Shown here in pieces: positions 56,957 through 64,000 of a stretch of DNA of 64,000 nucleotides. The position numbers were made by a program, and so were the translations under genes. A model generated the notes under the pieces. That model was not told where the DNA came from. It ran no database searches and was given only the letters and a program-made list of their open reading frames with translations. Source of the stretch: an uncultured archaeon (GTDB lineage Archaea > Aenigmatarchaeota > Aenigmatarchaeia > QMZP01); NCBI GenBank assembly GCA_964607835.1, contig CAZSLL010000003.1:3826-67825 (forward strand), written 5' to 3'. Every line of letters begins with the position of its first letter. The stretch's first letter is position 1.

Positions 56957-57334
56957 TCACTTCCTCTTTAGCTCTTTGAGTTTGACCTCGAGCTCGGTGA
57001 GCTCTGACTCGTACCTTTGGGTAAGGTGCCTGTATGACTCCTCGTCAAGCTTCTTCTTGAGGTACTTGTTCTTGAGTTCCTTCTGGATTTCCCTGATTTC
57101 CTCTATCCTCTTCTCCATGGTTGTGGCAAGATGGGAGCCCACCTTCTTGATGCCCGCGAAAACCATGAGAAAGGCCATTGAAAGTCCCAGATAGAGGACT
57201 ATGTACCCCACTGCGGCGAGCATTCCTGCGTAGGCCCCTGAAACCCTTGTGAAGAAGAAAGCGAGGGCAAAGGTCACGCCCGATATTATGAAGCATGCCG
57301 CCCAGATGACCTGGAGCTTTTGCTCGCTGTCCAT
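56957..57334 (-). CDS. hypothetical membrane protein with C-terminal coiled coil
   Basis: Two N-terminal TM helices then KRIEEIREIQKELKNKYLKKKLDEE; same strand and adjacent to pilin gene. Confidence 0.4.
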   Translation of the reverse strand: MDSEQKLQVIWAACFIISGVTFALAFFFTRVSGAYAGMLAAVGYIVLYLGLSMAFLMVFAGIKKVGSHLATTMEKRIEEIREIQKELKNKYLKKKLDEESYRHLTQRYESELTELEVKLKELKRK

Positions 57335-57527
57335 GACATAGATATTCTCCCGGAGTTTTAAATAGTGCCCTGAGGGGACGAGCTTAAATCCATGCGCATC
57401 CAGAATATAGCTTCATGTTCGCAAGGTATTCACCGTTTGGTCCTGATATGGATGTCTACCTCACATGGGAGGAGATTTCCAGGCATATACCCGAGCTTCT
57501 GGAATGACAAAGGGATTGTTTCAGGGC

Positions 57528-57992
57528 CTATCCGCTCACAGTGCCTGTCAGTGTCCCGGTTTCGGTGTGGTTGAGACCCCCGCCCGCGTTGTAGAAAATC
57601 TCCACGTTGACTGAGTATGTTGTTCCTGCTGTCTTGCTTCCCAGGTTGAGCCCGCTCGCTGATGCAGGGTACTGGTACTCCTCGCCCGGGGCCATGCTGA
57701 ACGAGGTCTCGTTGGTGTCAGTGGCCGTTCCCATTGAAGCGGTCACGCTGTACACTGTTATGGGGTCAGCCAGCCTGTTGTTGAGTATTATGCTAAGGTC
57801 CCCGCTGCTCGTGAGGTCCCAGTCAGTGGGCGTTCCCAGGGTGGTGAACCCGGTGGGTATCCTTCCGGTGTACGTGGCTGGATTGAATATCCCCAGAGAA
57901 TATAGCGCAGCAGCCACGATGATGACTATGAGTATGGCCCAGCCGTACGTCATCAGGTACTCCATCGCAGACTGCGCTTTTTTCCTTGTCAT
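57528..57992 (-). CDS. archaeal type IV pilin-like protein (class III signal peptide), paralogue of 26781..27287
   Basis: MTRKKAQSAMEYLMTYGWAILIVIIVAAALYSLGIFNPATYTGRIPTGFTTLG identical over about 50 aa to the other pilin at protein level. Confidence 0.7.
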   Translation of the reverse strand: MTRKKAQSAMEYLMTYGWAILIVIIVAAALYSLGIFNPATYTGRIPTGFTTLGTPTDWDLTSSGDLSIILNNRLADPITVYSVTASMGTATDTNETSFSMAPGEEYQYPASASGLNLGSKTAGTTYSVNVEIFYNAGGGLNHTETGTLTGTVSG

Positions 57993-58033
57993 TGTTTAAT
58001 AATTGTCCATTCCCTTTAATATTGTTTTCATGC

Positions 58034-58987
58034 TCAGGAGGGTATGAGCGAGCCGAACATTATCTGTATGAGCAGGCCTGAGAGGAAGAAAGCAGCCAGT
58101 GCCGCCCCCATCATGATGGGGATGTACTTGATGCCTGCCTTCTCCTTGCCAGAGTCAATTATGCCTATTATCATGCCCCCGAACACAGTTGTTATGATTA
58201 TTGCTGCCAGAGAGAACATGAACAGGAAGCCCGGGTCCACGGATATCTCACCGAACCTCATCATGGGTATCCTGCTCTGGAACTCTGAGGGTACCTCTGC
58301 CACCATGCCCAGTTCGCCAATGGTGGTCACCAGGTAAGAGGAGAGAGCGTACAGCACAGGGGCGCCGGCGCACCCCGCGAATCCTATGAATATGCCGTAC
58401 ATGAGTATGTTGGCCTTGACCTCCTTCTTGATGGCCTGCCTTCTCCTTATGTCCAGGGCGGTCTCCTCGAAGAGGGCCACGAGCTGGCCCCCTGATTTGA
58501 TGCCCTTTATGACCAGGGATATGGTCCTGTCCAGGGTGTCGGATTTTATGGTCTTGGGGACCTCGGTGAGGCTCTCCTGCAGGCTCCTCCCGGTCATCAT
58601 CTCCTTTCCTGCCCTCTTGATGGAGTCTGAGAGCGGGCCGAACTCCTTCCTGGCAGAGAGAATCATGGCCCTGCTGGGAATGAACCCTGACTTTATGTTG
58701 GCTGCCATGAGCTGGAGTGCGTCAGGGAGTATGTTCTCCACGAATTTGCTCCTCTTCTCCACCGCCAGTATGAGGAATCCGTGGAGGAGAGCGAACATTG
58801 CACCGAAGCCTCCAGCAAAGGCCAGAAGAATGGAGCCAGGGAACACGGCAGCTGCCAGCGCCCCTGCGCCCAGCCCGATGACCATGGCCCTGAGGAAGAA
58901 CCGCGCAGGGGTCTTCCTGCTCCCTGAGTACATGAGAAGGCTCTCGACCCTCCTTGAGTATGGCCTTGGCAGGAGCCGGTCTATCAT
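58034..58987 (-). CDS. TadC/FlaJ-like pilus assembly platform protein (T2SS-F domain)
   Basis: Polytopic; IKSGFIPSRAMILSARKEFGPLSDSIKRAGKEMMTGRSLQESL ... IKGIKSGGQLVALFEE matches GspF/TadC domain; directly upstream of pilin. Confidence 0.6.
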   Translation of the reverse strand: MIDRLLPRPYSRRVESLLMYSGSRKTPARFFLRAMVIGLGAGALAAAVFPGSILLAFAGGFGAMFALLHGFLILAVEKRSKFVENILPDALQLMAANIKSGFIPSRAMILSARKEFGPLSDSIKRAGKEMMTGRSLQESLTEVPKTIKSDTLDRTISLVIKGIKSGGQLVALFEETALDIRRRQAIKKEVKANILMYGIFIGFAGCAGAPVLYALSSYLVTTIGELGMVAEVPSEFQSRIPMMRFGEISVDPGFLFMFSLAAIIITTVFGGMIIGIIDSGKEKAGIKYIPIMMGAALAAFFLSGLLIQIMFGSLIPS

Positions 58988-59112
58988 GTATAATATATTC
59001 TCCCTTCCGGAATAATAAGCTTGCCTCCTTCCGGGGGTTAGTGCCCCTTTTTATATTTTCCTGGACAAATATTCTACAGATACGTGCTGGCTTGCATTAA
59101 TTATGGCAAGCC

Positions 59113-59448
59113 ATGCCCGTAACAGTCTATAAGGTGATGTTTATGCAGTGCCCAAAGTGCAGCGGAGGTACATTCCTTTCTGACGAGGAGCTGGTCAAGG
59201 TAATGGAAGGGCCTGAGCCCCACAGGATTCTCATAAAGGCCATGCACACATGCATGTCCTGCCAGGAGAGGTTCTCCAGGCTGGTGTGGGACGAGCTCGG
59301 CCCGCACAGGAGGCACGCTCCCCAGGGCCAGGCGCCCTACCAGCAGCCCCAGCAGCCATCGCAGCCTAACCCCTACCAGCAGTACCAGCAGCCCCAGCAG
59401 CAGCAGAGGCAGGAAGAGCCTGTGGTGGACGGGCTCAAGTTCTTCTAG
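59113..59448 (+). CDS. zinc-ribbon protein with Gln/Pro-rich C-terminus
   Basis: CPKCSG ... CMSCQ ribbon; tail QQPQQPSQPNPYQQYQQPQQQQRQ. Confidence 0.35.
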   Translation: MPVTVYKVMFMQCPKCSGGTFLSDEELVKVMEGPEPHRILIKAMHTCMSCQERFSRLVWDELGPHRRHAPQGQAPYQQPQQPSQPNPYQQYQQPQQQQRQEEPVVDGLKFF

Positions 59449-59659
59449 GGCCTTTCTTTACGGACGCTTTTGCATGTCCCAATATCGTGCCTCGCCAATA
59501 TCAGAGTGGCGCGAGACACCTCGCATCACTTTGCATTGGTGAGATGCGAAACCCTCGGGAAAGGAACATGCACGACTGGCAAACCATTTCAGGATGCCTG
59601 GTTCTAAGTCTATACATTGCAGTGTATAAACTTGAGCATCATAACCGAAAGATTTATAA

Positions 59660-60184
59660 ATGGTAAGATACATAGTCCTCATTATGTCAGAATCCTTCCT
59701 CCAGAGGTATGAGAAGGCAGTCAGGGTGGAAGAGGTCTACGAGCTGGTCAAGGAGGCTGTCAGGGAGAGCCTCTCAAGGGAGAGGGCAGGGCTCATGCTC
59801 GGCCTCTCTGACCTGGGCATATCCGCCCAGGGCTTCATGGGCGGCTACCACCAGATGGGCTCCAACGCCATTATCCTGAACAGCTCTGTGCTGAAGAGGA
59901 TATCGAACGCCAGCCCGGAGAGCCTCAAGCCCTATGCCTTTTCTGTCCTGCTGCACGAGTACCTGCACGCCCTGGGGGTGCTTGATGAGGCCAGGACCAG
60001 GCTCCTCACCTACAAGATTTGCACTGACCATTTCGGGGATGAGCATGATGTCACCAGGATGTCCAGGGAATTTGGTAAGGTGGCCGCGAAGCTGGTCACC
60101 AGGCTCGGGCCTGAGGAGCCGGGCAACTATGACGTGACATTTGTGGATGGATTCGACAGCCAGGAGACCGGGTACATAGGCTAG
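59660..60184 (+). CDS. putative HExxH metallopeptidase-like protein
   Basis: LLHEYLHALG zinc-binding motif; otherwise unassigned. Confidence 0.4.
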   Translation: MVRYIVLIMSESFLQRYEKAVRVEEVYELVKEAVRESLSRERAGLMLGLSDLGISAQGFMGGYHQMGSNAIILNSSVLKRISNASPESLKPYAFSVLLHEYLHALGVLDEARTRLLTYKICTDHFGDEHDVTRMSREFGKVAAKLVTRLGPEEPGNYDVTFVDGFDSQETGYIG

Positions 60185-60226
60185 CTGACTGAACCGCGTC
60201 CGGCATCATGGCAGAAGGAGAAGCTC

Positions 60227-60472
60227 ATGAGACGTGACCCCCTCGAGATAATGGAGGCCATACTGAGGATGCTCGAGAAGGAGAGGGAGGCCATGAGCAT
60301 AAACGAGATAGCCAAGAGGACCGGGCTCCACAACGTGACCGTCAGGAGATACGTGCGCATAATGAAGATGGTCAGGGAGGAGCCCATGGAGATAATCAGG
60401 ACCAGGCACAGCATAATCATAAGGGCTGAGAGGCCAAGGAGGAGGCGCGAAGAGGACGATGAAGACTGGTGA
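60227..60472 (+). CDS. small winged-helix DNA-binding protein
   Basis: MSINEIAKRTGLHNVTVRRYVRIM HTH; Arg/Glu/Asp-rich tail. Confidence 0.4.
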   Translation: MRRDPLEIMEAILRMLEKEREAMSINEIAKRTGLHNVTVRRYVRIMKMVREEPMEIIRTRHSIIIRAERPRRRREEDDEDW

Positions 60473-60643
60473 CACACCTGTGACACACCTTTTACAGGAG
60501 CCTCCGTTGCGCGGCCTTCACCTATAAGTCAGGGCCGTGAAGGGACAGCATCCGGATTCCTCAAAAGGCGTCCGAAAACCTGAAAGTTTCGGAAACAGGC
60601 CGGTTATAAAAAAATGCGCGCCCATAGATAAAACCCATAGGGA

Positions 60644-62944
60644 GTGATGTTCATGCCAGACAAGAACGAGCCAATAAGCCTGAAGGTCGGGGAGCTGACC
60701 AACAGGGAGGAATTCGGAAGGGGCATAGTCAGGATAGACACCAAGACAATGTCCAAGCTGGGGTCCAAGGAGGGGGACGTTGTCCAGCTCCACGGAAAGG
60801 AGGTCACCACAGCCCTGGCCGTGAGGGCCTATCCCGCTGATGTCGGGCTCAATCTTGTCAGGATGGACGGAATCACCCGGAGGAATGCCGGGATAGGCGT
60901 GGGCGAGACCATAAAGGTCGCCAGGATAGAGCCCAAGGAGGCCAAGAGAGTGGTCCTGGCCCCTGCCCAGAAGGGAATCATGCTCCAGATGAGCCCGGAG
61001 CTCCTCAAGAAGAACCTGTTCATGCGCCCGGTGACAAAAAAGGACATCATAATGCCCTTCCCTGTGGTCAAGCAGAGGAGGCAGTCCCCGTTTGATGACT
61101 TCTTCGGCATGAACCTGGAGGACATATTCTTCACCCCTGTACCCGGCGAGACCAAGCTGGCGGTGGTTTCCACCAATCCAGAGGGCGTTGTGAGGATAAC
61201 CGACGCCACTGAGGTGGAGCTCAAGCCAGAGGCCGTGGACATAGTGGAGGATGCCAGGATACCCACCCTGACCTATGAGGACATAGGAGGGCTGCACGAG
61301 GAAATCAAGAAGATTCGCGAGATGGTGGAGCTGCCCATGAGGCATCCAGAGCTCTTTCAGAGGCTGGGTATAGACCCGCCCAAGGGCGTTCTGCTGTACG
61401 GCCCGCCGGGGTCAGGGAAGACCCTGCTGGCGAAGGCCGTGGCCAACGAATCAGGCGCCCAGTTCACAGCCATCAACGGCCCTGAGGTCATGAGCAAGTG
61501 GTACGGCCAGAGCGAGGAGAACCTCAGGAAGATATTCGAGGAGGCTGAGAAGAACGCCCCTGCCATAATATTCTTCGACGAGATAGACGCCATCGCTCCC
61601 AAGAGGGAAGAGGTCTCCGGAGAGGTGGAGAGGAGGGTGGTTTCCCAGATACTCACCCTGATGGACGGCCTGAAATCAAGGGGGAAGGTCATAGTCATAG
61701 CCGCAACCAACAGGCAGAACGCCCTGGACCCTGCCCTCAGGAGGCCCGGAAGGTTTGACAGGGAGCTCGAGATTGGGGTCCCTGACAGGAAGGGCAGGGA
61801 AGAGATACTGCAGATTCACACCAGGAACATGCCCATGGCAGACGACGTGAGCACCAAGGGGCTGGCTGACGTTACCTACGGGTTCGTGGGAGCTGACCTT
61901 GAGTCCCTCACCAAGGAGGCCGCCATGCTCTCCCTTAGAAGGAACCTCCCTGACCTCAGCTGGAAGCAGGAGGAGGAGCTCCCGAGCGACATACTTGAGA
62001 AGCTAAGGGTCACCAAGAAGGATTTCGAGGAAGCCCTCAAGGTGGTGGAGCCATCCGCCATGAGGGAAGTGCTGGTGGAGATTCCCAAGGTCACCTGGGA
62101 TGACGTGGGCGGGCTCACGGACGCCAAGCAGAGCCTCAAGGAGGCCGTGCAGTGGCCCCTTGAGAAGCCCGAGGCCTTCACCAGGCTGGGCATCAGGCCG
62201 CCAAAGGGGATCCTGCTGTACGGCCCGCCAGGCACTGGCAAGACCCTGCTCGCGAGGTCAGTGGCCACCGAGTCAGGAGCCAACTTCATTTCCATAAAGG
62301 GCCCTGAGGTGTTCAGCAAGTGGGTGGGTGAGTCAGAGAAGCGGATAAGGGAGATATTCAAAAGGGCCAAGCAGGTAGCTCCCACCATAATCTTTTTCGA
62401 TGAGATAGACGCCATCGCACCCAGGAGGGGAGGGCATGACTCAGGTTCAAGGGTAACGGAGAACGTGGTGTCCATGATTCTGACCGAGATGTCAGGCCTG
62501 GAGGACCTGCACAACGTGGTGGTCATAGCGGCCACCAACAGGCCGGACATGATTGACCCCGCCCTGCTCAGGCCGGGAAGGTTTGACCGGCAGATACTGG
62601 TTCCTGCACCAGAGGACAAGGCAAGGCTCCAGATACTCAAGATACACACCAGGAACATGCCCCTCGGCAGGGACGTCACCCTGGACAAGCTCGTCAAGGA
62701 GACCGAGGGCTTCTCAGGCGCTGACATAGAGGCCCTTGTCAGGGAGGCCGGGCTCCATGCCCTGAGGAAGGACTTCAATGCCAAGACCGTGGGCTGGTCT
62801 GGGTTCAGGGAGGCCCTGGCCACGGTTACCCCGAGCATAAACACAGAGATGGTCAAGTTCTATGAGCAGATAGCGGACAGGATGAAGACCAGGGTCAGGA
62901 AGAAGGGCGAGAAGGAAGAGGACGAGATGGTGTACGTGGGCTAG
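60644..62944 (+). CDS. cdc48: CDC48/VCP-like AAA+ ATPase (two AAA domains)
   Basis: N-domain plus two Walker [16 protein letters not shown] / [15 protein letters not shown], Walker [13 protein letters not shown] twice, SRH regions. Confidence 0.9.
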   Translation: MMFMPDKNEPISLKVGELTNREEFGRGIVRIDTKTMSKLGSKEGDVVQLHGKEVTTALAVRAYPADVGLNLVRMDGITRRNAGIGVGETIKVARIEPKEAKRVVLAPAQKGIMLQMSPELLKKNLFMRPVTKKDIIMPFPVVKQRRQSPFDDFFGMNLEDIFFTPVPGETKLAVVSTNPEGVVRITDATEVELKPEAVDIVEDARIPTLTYEDIGGLHEEIKKIREMVELPMRHPELFQRLGIDPPKGVLLYGPPGSGKTLLAKAVANESGAQFTAINGPEVMSKWYGQSEENLRKIFEEAEKNAPAIIFFDEIDAIAPKREEVSGEVERRVVSQILTLMDGLKSRGKVIVIAATNRQNALDPALRRPGRFDRELEIGVPDRKGREEILQIHTRNMPMADDVSTKGLADVTYGFVGADLESLTKEAAMLSLRRNLPDLSWKQEEELPSDILEKLRVTKKDFEEALKVVEPSAMREVLVEIPKVTWDDVGGLTDAKQSLKEAVQWPLEKPEAFTRLGIRPPKGILLYGPPGTGKTLLARSVATESGANFISIKGPEVFSKWVGESEKRIREIFKRAKQVAPTIIFFDEIDAIAPRRGGHDSGSRVTENVVSMILTEMSGLEDLHNVVVIAATNRPDMIDPALLRPGRFDRQILVPAPEDKARLQILKIHTRNMPLGRDVTLDKLVKETEGFSGADIEALVREAGLHALRKDFNAKTVGWSGFREALATVTPSINTEMVKFYEQIADRMKTRVRKKGEKEEDEMVYVG

Positions 62945-63267
62945 GCCTCGTGGCCTTCCCAAATTTATTTCTTTCACCCTTTATTTCTTTCAATGTCAGA
63001 CAAAGAGCCCTGTCCTTCAGGGTGTTATTTCAAGTCATCAGCAGGAACGGTTCATCTTGTAAACAGGGGAGGCGAATATTCCCCATTTTATATTGACAGC
63101 TATGTAAGCAGCAACCTGATGAGCCCGCCTGTCAGGTACAGGACGGTTGCGGAGTTCTTCGGGGTAAGCCATGCTGACATATCCAGGCATCCCGCCGGAA
63201 GGCTGACTGATGACAGGTTCCTCAGCTTCCTGTAGGATTATAAAAGCCAGCTCCTCAATTCCTAACC

Positions 63268-64000
63268 ATGGCCACCGAAACCAGGAAGCCCGCCGTGGCG
63301 GGCATGTTCTACGACTCCAGCAGGGAGGGACTTGAGGAAACGCTTGGCAACCTGTTCTCAGGGATAAAGGAGGGTCCGGTATATAACGGTGTTATATCCC
63401 CCCACGCCGGCTATCCCTACTCAGGGAGGACCGCAGCACGCGCGGTCTCCGCCCTCAGGCCCTCCAGGAGGTTCATAATCCTGGGACCCAACCACACAGG
63501 AATGGGGGGCGCATTCTCCACCATGTCCTATGGCTCCTGGGAGACCCCCCTGGGAGAGGTCCCCATAGACCATGCAATGGCCAGGGAAATCCTTGGGTGC
63601 GGCCTTCCTGAGGATGATGCCCTGGCCCACTCCAGGGAGCACTCCATAGAGGTCCAGCTCCCCTTCCTCCAGCACCGCTTCGGCTCAGGCATATCCTTCG
63701 CGCCCGTATCCATAATGGGCTTTGGCCACACCCAGGCCTTCCTGGAGCAGTGCCGGGAGCTGGGCTCCTGCCTCGCCGGAGTCGCGGAGAAGCACGACGC
63801 CAGGCTAATAGCGAGTTCTGACTTCTCCCACTACGTATCCTGGGAGGCTGCCAGGGACAAGGACGGCAGGGCCTTTGAGATGATTAAGGACCTTGACCTG
63901 GAGGGATTCTTCAGAACCCTGCACAAGACCCATGCCTCTGTGTGCGGGTACGGCCCCATAGCCGTGCTCATGGCCGCTGCGAAGAAGCTGGGCTGGGAAA
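63268..64000 (+). CDS. AmmeMemoRadiSam-system protein B (Memo-like), 3'-truncated by window end
   Basis: Hand translation from ATG 63268: MATETRKPAVAGMFYDSSREGLEETL ... VISPHAGYPYSGRTAA ... ILGPNHTG ... HSREHSIEVQLPFLQ ... SSDFSHY matches MEMO1 family. Confidence 0.65.
   Translation, partial: MATETRKPAVAGMFYDSSREGLEETLGNLFSGIKEGPVYNGVISPHAGYPYSGRTAARAVSALRPSRRFIILGPNHTGMGGAFSTMSYGSWETPLGEVPIDHAMAREILGCGLPEDDALAHSREHSIEVQLPFLQHRFGSGISFAPVSIMGFGHTQAFLEQCRELGSCLAGVAEKHDARLIASSDFSHYVSWEAARDKDGRAFEMIKDLDLEGFFRTLHKTHASVCGYGPIAVLMAAAKKLGWE

Noticed and set aside
62993-63235. 80-aa ORF between cdc48 and the Memo-like gene
   Set aside because: No motif, weak context; could be real but unsupported
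1-64000. CRISPR arrays, rRNA genes, insertion sequences with transposases
   Set aside because: No regularly spaced direct repeats, no rRNA-like conserved blocks and no transposase-like ORFs were seen

Overview
This 64 kb window reads as a compact, GC-rich (about 60% by eye) archaeal chromosome segment. Many start and stop codons overlap, and there are many spurious antisense ORFs inside the long genes. The archaeal housekeeping genes are unambiguous: an MCM helicase interrupted by an intein carrying a LAGLIDADG homing endonuclease, CDC48 (an AAA+ ATPase), a shortened SMC, FtsZ, GatA and GatB, ribosomal proteins L18e/L13/S9/S10, IMP dehydrogenase, Pth2, prefoldin alpha, FeoAB with a DtxR-type repressor, a geranylgeranyl reductase with a ferredoxin, and an archaeal-type SRP RNA with helix-8 motif CCGGAAGGGAGCAG. 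Three things stand out beyond that. (1) An eight-gene plus-strand operon (1836-6411) begins with two small pilin-like proteins. It also encodes a lytic transglycosylase (SLT domain), an M23/LytM metallopeptidase and three further membrane-anchored proteins. This is a murein-hydrolase toolkit in an archaeon, linked by sequence to the two class III signal-peptide pilin paralogues elsewhere in the window (26781, 57528) and a TadC/FlaJ-like platform protein. (2) Every tRNA gene I can parse is split by one to three large introns (up to about 200 nt). These include non-canonical T-loop and D-loop positions, and the introns belong to two recurring sequence families shared between different tRNAs. (3) The window also holds a RelE/ParE toxin-antitoxin pair wedged between gatA and gatB, a roughly 1.6 kb low-GC island encoding an AAA/DUF4143 ATPase flanked by a 19-bp direct repeat, a DUF87/HerA-like ATPase with a C-terminal winged helix, a candidate RNase P RNA, and several Pro/Gln-rich proteins including an N-terminally extended FtsZ. 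I saw no CRISPR array and no rRNA.
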